Source: a virus. Taken from it: a stretch of 64,000 nucleotides of DNA. The notes below the pieces were generated by a model. That model was not told where the DNA came from. It was given only the letters and a program-made list of their open reading frames with translations, and did not search any database. This document shows, one piece after another, positions 48,706 to 58,409 of this stretch (the stretch's first letter is position 1; every line of letters starts with the position of its first letter). The position numbers were made by a program, and so were the translations under genes. Where the stretch lies: IMG/VR virus record IMGVR_UViG_3300045988_141143; one strand, 5' to 3'.

Positions 48706-49311
48706 TTACTTTTTTTTATCATCCGAGTTTTCATCTTTCGGCACGATATACTTTCCGTTGCTGCCACACGCGAAGTTGTATAGCGGTTGCAGGCTCTTCC
48801 AGTCCATGCCCACCACGAGCCATTGTCCGGCATAGATGTCGCCCACCATGCCGAAGGAGATGGAGCTGGTGTCGATGCTTTGCAACTCTGCCATCATTAC
48901 GGCATCATCGGCGAAGCTGCGCTTTGTGACGGGACAGCGGCCTGTGCGCTTCACCTCGATAAGCCAGGCTATGAGGTCCTTGCAGTAGTCGGTGAGGTCG
49001 TTGGCCGTGCGTTCTATCTTGTTGCCGTCGTAACGGCCAAGGGTCTGCGGCGTGTCCTTCACCTTAGCGAGAAACCACACCTGGTGAGAGACCGATGCCT
49101 TCTTTGCGTCAACGAGTTCGCCGGTGGTGAGTACGCTGTATAGCATACACGGTGAGTGAACGACGTTGGCGTTTCGGGAGAAAATGTTCTCAAGGTCGAT
49201 GTAGCGGATGCGGAAGAAGCTCTGGTCTTCGAGGCGCTTGCTCTCGGGGTTGTGAGACAGGGGCTTGTAGATGGAAGCCCAATGCTCAAGAATGTTGCTT
49301 ATTGTTGCCAT
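48706..49311 (-). CDS. Hypothetical protein
   Basis: 201 aa. Confidence 0.3.
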   Translation of the reverse strand: MATISNILEHWASIYKPLSHNPESKRLEDQSFFRIRYIDLENIFSRNANVVHSPCMLYSVLTTGELVDAKKASVSHQVWFLAKVKDTPQTLGRYDGNKIERTANDLTDYCKDLIAWLIEVKRTGRCPVTKRSFADDAVMMAELQSIDTSSISFGMVGDIYAGQWLVVGMDWKSLQPLYNFACGSNGKYIVPKDENSDDKKK

Positions 49312-49367
49312 ACTCTTTTCACTTTATTAGGGTTGCCGGGCGGCGAACCGCCCATGCTGCTATATGA

Positions 49368-49898
49368 CTATTCGGGGTCGGGGGATTTTTCTTTATTCAT
49401 CTCCTCATCATCCCGCATGAGTTCCTTCAACTTGATATTGAAATGTCGCTCGGTCTTGTCGGCTACTATCTTCTGCATCACTCTCGCCCATCCTGCTCCG
49501 TTGCAGGTGCTTTCGTTCTCAAGGATGCTGACGAACTGGACTCCGCAGTAAAGGGCGGCGAGATAGTTGGCGAGGTGGAGCGGATTCATATAGTCGAGTA
49601 CGATGGTGTCGATGGCGGTGGCGAGGAAAATGGCGAGGATGAGGACGGAGAAGTCCTGCACCATCTTGGTCATCTTCTTGGATTTCAGTTTGCCGTCCAT
49701 CTGGCATTTGGGGTTCTTCTTGATGGCCTCACGATACCGGCTGTAGATACGGCGGTTGAGCCGCCATGCCGTGTAGCAATCCAGTAGAAGGGCGAAGAAG
49801 CATACACCGATGTAGTTGAGTGAGGGTTCGATGTAGCACCACAGCAGACCTATTGCGGCTGCTATGAATCGGGTAATGTTGGGTAAGATCGTTTGCAT
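49368..49898 (-). CDS. Membrane protein (4 TM)
   Basis: Hydrophobic helices FIAAAIGLLWCYI, IGVCFFALLLDCY, FSVLILAIFLATAI and LANYLAALYCGVQFV. Confidence 0.4.
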   Translation of the reverse strand: MQTILPNITRFIAAAIGLLWCYIEPSLNYIGVCFFALLLDCYTAWRLNRRIYSRYREAIKKNPKCQMDGKLKSKKMTKMVQDFSVLILAIFLATAIDTIVLDYMNPLHLANYLAALYCGVQFVSILENESTCNGAGWARVMQKIVADKTERHFNIKLKELMRDDEEMNKEKSPDPE

Positions 49899-50096
49899 TG
49901 TTGTGTTTGATTTTTAATGTGTGAAGTAAATGTGAAGTGTTATCCTGTTTTGATTAAGATACGATGCAAAGGTAACGAAAGGCGAAAAAACGGGTGGGAC
50001 ATATTATTTCGCCATGGGGACGGGCAGCGAGGCTTGTCCCAATCGTTTTGGGACGATTTCGTAACTTTGCCGACGTAACAAACAACATAAACAAAG

Positions 50097-50900
50097 ATGA
50101 GTCAGATAACACAAGGCACATTGGCACGCATCGACAAATGGTTGGCGCAAGGCATCAGTATCGAGACGATGTTCCCGAACCTGGAGCAGCGCTATCGTAT
50201 GCAACTCTGTGCGGAATATTACAAGAGGTGGGTGCAGAACAAGGACATTGACCCTCGTACCACCTGTCGCAACATTGCCAGACGCGACTACGAGTTGTTT
50301 ATCAACCAGGCCGCGCAGGGCAACAAGGAGGCTGTGGCGATGATTCAGGCGCTGGGCATCACGGTGGATGACGAGGGCAATGTGAGAAATCGCACCATCA
50401 CGGAACTCAACAACGACGTGGCGGTGTGCAATCACATCATCCGCTTCTTCACCACCGACGAGAGTCCGCGCCACAAAGCCATGTACCTCAATTCGGCAGA
50501 ATGGTTGATACGCACGGGCAAGCAGCAGAACAACGACCGTGCCGTGGATAAGGGTATGCAGGCCTTGGCCAACATATACAGCAACTTCATCGAGGAGAAG
50601 GACGCTACGGACGAGATGCCGGACATGAGCCGCATTGCCATCACGCAGGACGTGAGCATCGTGAAGCGCGACCGCATCAACTACACCGAGGAGGAGAAGC
50701 TTCGTCTGGCCCGCAAGTATGGTCTTACGGCAAAGGATATGCGGGATATAGCCGAAGAGGAATCCCTGCAGGCTGTAGGCAAAGAGAATGAGCCCGACTA
50801 CTTCGAGTACATGGAGAAGAAAGACGAGGAGGAGGACGTGATTAGACACGGGTACATGAAAGAAAGCGAAATGACGGATTCCGAAACGACGGATGAGTGA
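50097..50900 (+). CDS. Hypothetical acidic protein
   Basis: 267 aa. First gene of the plus-strand block that ends in the large terminase. The overlapping minus ORF 50004-51011 is Leu/His-rich and judged antisense. Confidence 0.4.
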   Translation: MSQITQGTLARIDKWLAQGISIETMFPNLEQRYRMQLCAEYYKRWVQNKDIDPRTTCRNIARRDYELFINQAAQGNKEAVAMIQALGITVDDEGNVRNRTITELNNDVAVCNHIIRFFTTDESPRHKAMYLNSAEWLIRTGKQQNNDRAVDKGMQALANIYSNFIEEKDATDEMPDMSRIAITQDVSIVKRDRINYTEEEKLRLARKYGLTAKDMRDIAEEESLQAVGKENEPDYFEYMEKKDEEEDVIRHGYMKESEMTDSETTDE

Positions 50901-50977
50901 AAACGAAACAGAAGTATCTGTTTGATGCAAACATAAGTATCTGTTTGATATAAACAATGGGCATCGTTTGAAAAACA

Positions 50978-51145
50978 ACTTGCCGACACTTTTCATCGAA
51001 TGTGCCGACACATTAAAACGAAGGTGTTAGCACTTTTTGCCAAAAGTGTTAGCACATTTTACCAAAAGTGTTAGCACATCAAAAAAACGGAGGTTCAGTT
51101 GATTTCATCAAAAGAGTCGGCTGATTTCGCCAAAAGAGTCGAACC
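50978..51145. promoter_or_regulatory. Array of seven phased 22-bp repeats (GTG-N4-CAC dyads) upstream of the plus-strand operon
   Basis: TGCCGACAC at 50981 and 51003. TGTTAGCAC at 51025, 51047 and 51069. CAAAAGAGTCG at 51111 and 51133. All at exact 22-bp phasing. Confidence 0.5.
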
Positions 51146-51193
51146 TCGGCAAATATATAGTGCATAAATGCGCTATAAAAACACTATAAAAAT

Positions 51194-52044
51194 ATGTTAA
51201 ACGAACAACTGCAGAAAAAGGTAAAACAGTCGATAAAACTCCTGCAGAGTGTGCAGAAGCGATACGACGGCGAGATAGAGATAGCCTACTCGGGCGGTAA
51301 GGACTCCGACGTGATCCTTCAGCTGGCGAAAGAGGCAGGCATCAAGTATCGGGCCATATACAAGAATACGACCATCGACCCGCCAGGCACGTTGGGGCAC
51401 GTCAGAGAAATGGGAGTGGAGATACTGCGGGCCAAGACATCCTTCTTTCATCTCGTGGCACAGAAAGGATTTCCATCTCGCTTTACTCGTTTCTGTTGTG
51501 AAGAACTGAAGGAATACAAGGTGCTCAACAAAAGTATTATCGGCGTGCGCAAGGCTGAGAGCCGGAAACGAAACGAAAGATACAACGAGCCGACAGAGTG
51601 CCGATACTTCGGAAAGAAGAAAGAGGAAAATCACGTAGAACAGATTTATCCTATTCTGGAATGGACCGATGAGGACGTGCGTGACTTCATCATAGACAGA
51701 AAGTTGAAACTCGCACCCATTTATTACAATTCGGGGGGCAAATCGACGTGTCGAAACGTCTTGGCTGTATGTGCTGTCCTCTTGCCTCAAGGCGCAAGCG
51801 CATTATCGAGTTTCAGAAATATCCCAAGATAGCAAAGGCTTATCTCCGTGCGGGGCAACGATTTATGGAAACGCATCCTGACAGCAAGGCGTGCCAGAGG
51901 TACGACAATGTTTACGAATGGTTCGTTCGCGACGTATTTTACAGCTCCAATGCAGATTGGAGCAAGGTAAGCACAGGGCTGTTCGGTAAGCCGGACTTCA
52001 AGAAATTCTTGGAGGACAAGTTCGGTATTGACTTGACATTATAA
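51194..52044 (+). CDS. PAPS-reductase-like (phosphoadenosine phosphosulfate reductase family) protein, frameshifted at a G6 run
   Basis: IAYSGGKDSDV PP-loop motif. The reading frame breaks at GGGGGG (51733-51738). The downstream frame continues with RLGCMCCPLASRRKR, the family's Cys cluster. Confidence 0.55.
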
Positions 52045-52065
52045 ACAACACAAAACAATAACGAT

Positions 52066-52395
52066 ATGGCAAAGATTATTTATTTCGGGACAGAAGGCAA
52101 CGGGCGAGCAGGACACTACCCTATGGGTATCGACAAATACCTTACCCTCGAAGAATGCAAAATATGGACTGAATGTGACAACGAGACGTGGATCAATAAC
52201 ATCTACAAGAATCCCGGTCGTCACTTGATAAAACATCACGGTGTTGTATATACCAACTATGCCGTGCCGTTCTCCGTAGATGATGAAAGGGGTGGGTCGC
52301 ATACTGAAGTATTTTGGGAAGGAATACACTCCGAGGAGGAAATGATAGAGCTTATTAAAAGCAACACTTTCTTGAAAAAACAATTCAAAATGTAA
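52066..52395 (+). CDS. Hypothetical protein
   Basis: 109 aa. Confidence 0.4.
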   Translation: MAKIIYFGTEGNGRAGHYPMGIDKYLTLEECKIWTECDNETWINNIYKNPGRHLIKHHGVVYTNYAVPFSVDDERGGSHTEVFWEGIHSEEEMIELIKSNTFLKKQFKM

Positions 52396-52401
52396 GCGAC
52401 A

Positions 52402-52683
52402 ATGATAACAATAAAAATCAAAACATGGAAGGACTGGAAGAAGGACTTCATCGATTGGGTAAAGGAGCCGCGGCGCAAGACGTGCAAGGAGTATGTGGAC
52501 TATATGGAGGCTTTACAAAAAAATACTCTCTACCAAATAATAGAGGACACTTGTGATAAATACAACAATATGCGTGAGGATCAAATCAAAGACATCACAG
52601 AAGCAGTAGAAAAATGCGTGGCTGCTTGTGCTGAAGAAGCTCGCAAGTTAATCGATGAAAGTCAGCCCGTAAAATTCTTCTAA
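52402..52683 (+). CDS. Hypothetical protein
   Basis: 93 aa. Confidence 0.35.
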   Translation: MITIKIKTWKDWKKDFIDWVKEPRRKTCKEYVDYMEALQKNTLYQIIEDTCDKYNNMREDQIKDITEAVEKCVAACAEEARKLIDESQPVKFF

Positions 52684-52724
52684 GACTGGAACTTTCATTA
52701 TAAGCAACAAAAACTCTACACAAC

Positions 52725-53333
52725 ATGAATAACAACATAAAAAGAAAGGACTGGGTAGGCGGCTCGGCTGCTGTATTCAAGACGTTGGGCGCGAGCAACC
52801 ATACGAATGCGGATAGACAGCGTGAGGATTACTATGCCACTGAGCCGAAGGCTACGGAATGGCTGTGCAAGCTGGAGAGGTTTGAGGGCAGGATTCTTGA
52901 GCCTTCGTGTGGCGAGGGCCACATGAGTAGAGTATTGGAGGCAGCAGGGTATGAGGTGGTGAGCCGCGATCTTGTGGATAGAGGGTACGGCGAAGTTGCC
53001 GACTTTCTCTCTATTGACAATATGGAGTGGGATGGCAATATCGTGACTAATCCACCCTACAAATACGCACAGGAATTTGTGGAGAAGGCTCTAAGCATCA
53101 TTCCCGAAGGAAAGAAGGTGGCGATGTTTCTAAAGCTGACTTTCCTCGAAGGCAAGGGTCGACGCGCTCTCTTCCGTTCTACTCCCCCCATTCGTGTTTG
53201 GGTAAGTTCATCACGACTGAAATGCGCCATGAATGGCGACTTCGAGGCTTACGGCAGCAGCGCCGCGGCTTACGCATGGTTCGTGTGGGAGAAAGGATAT
53301 AAAGGCGAGACAACTGTAAAATGGTTTAACTGA
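52725..53333 (+). CDS. Small N6-adenine DNA methyltransferase
   Basis: Motif I ILEPSCGEGHMS and motif IV IVTNPPYKY. Confidence 0.65.
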   Translation: MNNNIKRKDWVGGSAAVFKTLGASNHTNADRQREDYYATEPKATEWLCKLERFEGRILEPSCGEGHMSRVLEAAGYEVVSRDLVDRGYGEVADFLSIDNMEWDGNIVTNPPYKYAQEFVEKALSIIPEGKKVAMFLKLTFLEGKGRRALFRSTPPIRVWVSSSRLKCAMNGDFEAYGSSAAAYAWFVWEKGYKGETTVKWFN

Positions 53334-53372
53334 CGGAAAATAGAACAACTAACAACAACACAAAAACAACAC

Positions 53373-53603
53373 ATGAGTAACAACCGACACAAATACTTCA
53401 ACAAGGTACCGCCGTTCAAGCCGGACCCTGAACACTACACTCGCAAGCAACACTCTTGGAAAGCGAAGGAGGCCTACGAGACGGAAGATGATGCTTGGGA
53501 ATATCTCAATCAGAACCCGAAGCTGCGGGCGCAGGGCATGACGGCGTACCGATGCAGGACGTGCAACAAATGGCACATAGGACATAAGACGCACAGCGAA
53601 TAA
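53373..53603 (+). CDS. Small zinc-finger protein
   Basis: 76 aa. CRTCNKWHIGH plus upstream His residues. Immediately precedes the terminase gene. Confidence 0.4.
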   Translation: MSNNRHKYFNKVPPFKPDPEHYTRKQHSWKAKEAYETEDDAWEYLNQNPKLRAQGMTAYRCRTCNKWHIGHKTHSE

Positions 53604-53632
53604 GCTACACAACACAAAATCAGGATAACACA

Positions 53633-55627
53633 ATGCAGCAAGCACACAACATATACTTAACCAAATTCCAGCAGCAGTCACTATACATGGGAGCCAAGGA
53701 TGAGCGAGTGATTGCTGCCCGCCGTGTGGGTAAGACCGACGGACTTGTGGCTCCTTACGTCTGGACGGCAAGCAACTCCATGCCTGGTATGCTCGGCGCA
53801 TGGGTGGCTGTGTCACGTCAGCAGGGCTTCGGCAAGACCATACCGAGTACGATGGCGGCCATGGAACGTATGTTCGGATTTACGCAGGGCATTCACTTCG
53901 GTTGGGGTCGCCCACCGAAGCACGCTCGCGAGAGTATCTTCAAGCCTAAGAACTACGACAACTACATTTGGTTGGCCAATGGTGCGGGATGGGTTCTTAT
54001 CTCCCTCTCGCAGACCGCCTCTGCCAACTCCTACACGTTCTCTGCGATGGTGGGCGACGAGGCGAGATTCTTTCCCTATAAGAAAGTGACCGACGAGCTG
54101 ATGCCGGCGCTTTCAGGACAGACGCACCCCTTGGGCGACATCAACTTCTCTGACCACAACCCGATGTATAAAAGTACGCGCTTTCTCTCGGATGCCTCGC
54201 TCACAGCCAAAGGTTCGTGGTTGGAGAAGGAGGAGGAGAAGTTGGATATGACGGTGGAGACGGGTCCATTCAAGGGCAAGACCTACCGATGGGTACAGGA
54301 GCAGCTGGAGGATTATGCCGACAAGGTGATACGCTACAACGACCTGTTGTATAACGCCAAGAAGACCGGTCACGGGGTGCATGTGGTGCCGAAGGAACTG
54401 CGCACGATGATACGCGCCGTGGCGCTGAAGATGATGAAACATGAGGGGCAGTTCCGCATCATGCCCAACCATGGCCAACACGTCACGAAGGGCATGGTGG
54501 AGATGGCTGTCAACTACAAACTCATTCCGCAGGAGGATGCCGAACTGATTTACGATTACGAATACCTTATCACGCCGGAAGAGGATTTCGAGATGCAGAT
54601 GTTTCTGCGGTCGAAGAAATTCTCTGAAAACTATCTGCGTGAGCTGCGCCGTGTGGCTTTCTGCGTGCGCCGTGCGTCATCGCTCGACAATGTGGATATT
54701 CTGGGTGAAGACTATATTCGCCAGATGAAACGAGATTTGCCTCCGATGACCTTCGCTATTTCAATCCTCAACATCAAAGTAAAGAAGTCAAACGACGGAT
54801 TTTACTCCAACCTCGACATCGATCATGTTCACGGATATATCCCCGACGAGATAGACCCCTTATCGTCTGCCAAATTTTCCACGCAAAAGGTATCGGGCAT
54901 CATCGGTGGCAAGAAAGTCACGAGCGAGAGTTATCAGCCCGACTTCAAGGAGTTGGGCGAGCGCAACGACTCGCGCCAGGACTCCGACTGCATCAACTCC
55001 CTTCCTTTATATATAGCCCTCGATTACAATGCCAATATCAATACGTTGGTGGTCGGGCAGATGTACGAGCGCGACGGCATGGAATGTCTGAACGTCATCA
55101 AGAGTTTCTATGTAAAGAACGAGCGCAAGTTGCGTGAAGTGATAGCCGATTTTTCCGACTATTACGCACCGAAGCGAGCCATCAACCGTGACGTGACGTA
55201 TTTCTATGATGCTACGGCAAAGCAGGGAGCATCCTATGCTTCGTCGGACGAGCGATTCTATATGACCGTGATTGCTGAATTGGAGAAGCACGGCTGGAAC
55301 GTGACGGCCATTGATATGGGCGCACCAGAGAAGCACGAGGTGAAGCACAAGATTATCAACGACGGACTGGCTCACCTCTCCTACCCTGCCATCCGCATTA
55401 ACCAGGTGAACAATCCCGACCTTATCATCGCCATGCAGCTGTGTGAGGTGCAGATTTCGTACAAGGGATTCCACAAAGACAAGAGTCAGGAGAAGAAGCC
55501 CGAAAGCGAGGACACGCTGCCCCTGCAGCAACGTACCGACTTCACGGATGCCTTCGATACGCTGTACTTAGGTTGCAAGTTCTTCCGTGTCGGTGGCGGT
55601 TGGTTTGTGCTGCCGAGTGGAAGATAG
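53633..55627 (+). CDS. Terminase large subunit
   Basis: Walker A AARRVGKTD and Walker B MVGDEARF in the N-terminal ATPase domain. 664 aa with a C-terminal nuclease-sized domain. Confidence 0.65.
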   Translation: MQQAHNIYLTKFQQQSLYMGAKDERVIAARRVGKTDGLVAPYVWTASNSMPGMLGAWVAVSRQQGFGKTIPSTMAAMERMFGFTQGIHFGWGRPPKHARESIFKPKNYDNYIWLANGAGWVLISLSQTASANSYTFSAMVGDEARFFPYKKVTDELMPALSGQTHPLGDINFSDHNPMYKSTRFLSDASLTAKGSWLEKEEEKLDMTVETGPFKGKTYRWVQEQLEDYADKVIRYNDLLYNAKKTGHGVHVVPKELRTMIRAVALKMMKHEGQFRIMPNHGQHVTKGMVEMAVNYKLIPQEDAELIYDYEYLITPEEDFEMQMFLRSKKFSENYLRELRRVAFCVRRASSLDNVDILGEDYIRQMKRDLPPMTFAISILNIKVKKSNDGFYSNLDIDHVHGYIPDEIDPLSSAKFSTQKVSGIIGGKKVTSESYQPDFKELGERNDSRQDSDCINSLPLYIALDYNANINTLVVGQMYERDGMECLNVIKSFYVKNERKLREVIADFSDYYAPKRAINRDVTYFYDATAKQGASYASSDERFYMTVIAELEKHGWNVTAIDMGAPEKHEVKHKIINDGLAHLSYPAIRINQVNNPDLIIAMQLCEVQISYKGFHKDKSQEKKPESEDTLPLQQRTDFTDAFDTLYLGCKFFRVGGGWFVLPSGR

Positions 55628-55663
55628 GGGATTTTTTGAGTTTTGATATTAGAATAGAAAGGC

Positions 55664-55702
55664 GAAGGGCAGACGTTATCACAACGGCTGCCCTTCTTTT
55701 TG
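55664..55702 (+). terminator. Rho-independent terminator after the terminase gene
   Basis: Hairpin GAAGGGCAG...CTGCCCTTC followed by TTTTTG. Confidence 0.5.
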
Positions 55703-55750
55703 TAAAATAATGAATAAATGTGCAATCTTTTGATATGATATGATTAGATA

Positions 55751-56395
55751 TTACTTATTTCTTTGTTTACCATGACGATATTTGTGCGTCTTAAAAAGAG
55801 GACGAGTAAGTCTTGCGGAGACTGAGTAATAAGACGGAGTATTGAATACCTCTGCTTTAAATCTTACCGTATAGCCCACCTTCTTTATATAACCGTTGAT
55901 GTGCTTCACATCCTCCATCGTGAGGGTAGCCATTTTGTATGTCTCCCGTAGACGCAAAGACGCATGCCTGCCAATAAGATTACAGAAACCCATCGAATAG
56001 TCACTATATGGTATCGACAAAGTATCGTCTGCCACATAGAGAGTATCAATGTTATTCGACTCGTGTACCAAAAAAGCGTAACACATGACCGTCTTCCCTT
56101 TCTCACAGGGACTTTTCAAAATGGCAATAATATACGTCCCAGGATGTTCGGAATCTAAAAACTTGTAATATATGCCGTTAGCAGCATCATAACGGTCGCG
56201 ATCTCCGAGGGCAGCACTCCCCATACTAAACTCTATATGCTTGTTCCTCTCAACACCACTGCCCTTTGCGGACAACTGACTTATGCGCTGTTCCAGCTCT
56301 TTAATGCTCTTAGCGTGCTCGTCGAGCGTATCTATTACAGACCCCATATTGTCCATCAATGCCTGCAATAGTTTTTCTTTTAATTGTTTACACAT
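55751..56395 (-). CDS. Hypothetical protein
   Basis: 214 aa. Confidence 0.35.
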   Translation of the reverse strand: MCKQLKEKLLQALMDNMGSVIDTLDEHAKSIKELEQRISQLSAKGSGVERNKHIEFSMGSAALGDRDRYDAANGIYYKFLDSEHPGTYIIAILKSPCEKGKTVMCYAFLVHESNNIDTLYVADDTLSIPYSDYSMGFCNLIGRHASLRLRETYKMATLTMEDVKHINGYIKKVGYTVRFKAEVFNTPSYYSVSARLTRPLFKTHKYRHGKQRNK

Positions 56396-56470
56396 GTCTT
56401 TTATGTTTAAAATTCACTCTTTTTCTTCCTTCAGCATTACAAATTGCTTTGTGGGTGGGGATGGTTATCA

Positions 56471-57142
56471 TTACAAGAACACTGGCAGTCTGCGCCACAC
56501 GCCTCCGTTCGGCTGAAACTCCTCATGCCATTCCCGATATTCCACTTCAAACTTTGCACCATAATAAGCCAAACCTTTGAGAGGTAGGCTCTTGATATAT
56601 TTCTCCTGCTCCTCACGAGTCATAAAGTCGTTAGGCATGAGAATGATGCGATTGCTACGGACATGAATAAAGAACTCTATCGCAAAATTACTATTCGTCA
56701 GCATTCTCTTAATCGCGTCATAGTCCCACTTGCCTTTAGGCGAAAAGTTTATGCCATCCACATAAGGGTAAAAACGTTCGGGAAAGTTGTTTATATCCAC
56801 GTTGGCAAACATCCATCTACCAGAAGTGTAGATATAGAGCTGCTTGATGTTAGGATAATCATGGCGCAGGTGTGAGCATATATCTATGATACCAGTCACA
56901 TAGAATGGGTCTCCACCAGTAAGCATAACAGTATGTGCTGCCTTCAACTCCTCTACAGTTGCCACAGGCACCGTATCGAGGTCGTACTGCTTGTTGCAGT
57001 ACACGGGACAGGAGTTAGTACATGTACGGTTAATAATCAAGTGTATGGCTTCCTTATCGGAGCCCGGCTCGTCAGCATATTTACGTTTTGTTTCCATTAA
57101 CTTTTTCATATCTATATGTATTAGTTTTATTACTTCTAACAA
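56471..57142 (-). CDS. Radical-SAM-like 4Fe-4S protein (NrdG/QueE-like activase size), non-canonical Cys spacing
   Basis: CTNSCPVYC has Cx3Cx3C spacing rather than Cx3Cx2C. Followed by VMLTGGDPF, which resembles the glycine-rich SAM-binding motif. Confidence 0.35.
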   Translation of the reverse strand: MLEVIKLIHIDMKKLMETKRKYADEPGSDKEAIHLIINRTCTNSCPVYCNKQYDLDTVPVATVEELKAAHTVMLTGGDPFYVTGIIDICSHLRHDYPNIKQLYIYTSGRWMFANVDINNFPERFYPYVDGINFSPKGKWDYDAIKRMLTNSNFAIEFFIHVRSNRIILMPNDFMTREEQEKYIKSLPLKGLAYYGAKFEVEYREWHEEFQPNGGVWRRLPVFL

Positions 57143-57259
57143 TATATAAGGCTTTTGCCCTTACAGGGCGCATTACCAATTGCCATTACACCCAGTGCGA
57201 TGCCCTGGGCTAAGAGCTTCTGCCCCCTTCAGGGCGTGCTGATTATATGACCTTTGCCT

Positions 57260-58363
57260 TCAGGGTGTGGTGACTCTGGAGCTGCCCGATGGGTTGTCAG
57301 ATACTTCTTGGCTCTTCTGCTGTTCCTTTACCGCACTGGACGCAGGCTTCTCATAAATATCGAACTTGCGTGTGGTTGGACACCAACTGATTCCGGCGGC
57401 GTGCAGCGCATTGTCTATTGTGATTTCAGTCGCAAGATCGGCTGGAATGATAGACAGAGGAACGCCACCTTGATAGAGGTGGTCGAGATAGATACACGGT
57501 CCAAAGTATATGCCGTTATTAAAACCAATAAAGGTCATGCTGTAATCTAAACCCCTAATGTCTTTGTTTTTCTTTACCATGGAATGCAGGTGGATGGTTC
57601 TGCTCTCCACATCGTAGCAGTTGAAGATAGCTGCATAAGAAGCCAGTCCGCAGCCAGGCCTTGCGTAGGTAAGCTCTACGTACTGACCAGTCTTGAATGC
57701 CGGAAGGAGCTTATAACCTTTACGACTGGAGAAAAGACGACCCGTAAACTTTTCTATTTTACGGTAAAGCTCTCGGGTGTCTTCTTCGTTGAGCTTGCTG
57801 TAGCTATTGACGGAAATCTTACACTTTTCGCCATCCGAGGTCTTGGGGCATTCCTCTATACTCTGAATTTCTGAATATCTGTCCTCAAATACTTCCACCA
57901 GCGGAGTAAAGGTGTTATAATCATCATTGTTTACCTTATCGACAATAAAGAATGGGCCGTCGTATTCGTAAGGACGTCTCACTACCGTGCCCTTGCGCCA
58001 TGTAAGCACGTCCCATTTCGCTTTACTTGGATTGGGATGTATCACGCAGTCGGAACCTAAAAGGTCTGAGATTTCGATGTTTCCTACCTTGAGTTTCAGA
58101 CAGCCCTCCTTATTGAACGTAAGGTAGGCGGTCTTTGGGTCGGCTTTTTTATCGGCGATGGCACAGAAAATCTCGTCATCCGTCACGTCTATCAACGTCA
58201 TCCAACCGCACAGGTCGCACCACACTTGCATTCCTACCCTGCCGTATTGAAACAGAACCTCCTTCACGTTCTCTAAATTTCTCTGGCTCATAATATATAC
58301 ATTTAATAAATTGATTAAACATGCTGTTCTCTTTACTGGTCGCTGTCCGAACATCAACGCCAA
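57260..58363 (-). CDS. Hypothetical protein
   Basis: 367 aa. An alternative start at 58291 (MSQRNLENV) is possible. Confidence 0.35.
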   Translation of the reverse strand: MALMFGQRPVKRTACLINLLNVYIMSQRNLENVKEVLFQYGRVGMQVWCDLCGWMTLIDVTDDEIFCAIADKKADPKTAYLTFNKEGCLKLKVGNIEISDLLGSDCVIHPNPSKAKWDVLTWRKGTVVRRPYEYDGPFFIVDKVNNDDYNTFTPLVEVFEDRYSEIQSIEECPKTSDGEKCKISVNSYSKLNEEDTRELYRKIEKFTGRLFSSRKGYKLLPAFKTGQYVELTYARPGCGLASYAAIFNCYDVESRTIHLHSMVKKNKDIRGLDYSMTFIGFNNGIYFGPCIYLDHLYQGGVPLSIIPADLATEITIDNALHAAGISWCPTTRKFDIYEKPASSAVKEQQKSQEVSDNPSGSSRVTTP

Positions 58364-58409
58364 TCCACGAGCCGCTACATGGCGTTCATCTCATCCCACT
58401 TCTTCTTCA

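Noticed and set aside
50004-51011. Minus-strand 335-aa ORF overlapping the plus-strand 267-aa ORF
   Set aside because: The product is Leu/His/Val-rich with no motifs. The plus ORF begins a co-oriented operon and has a normal composition.
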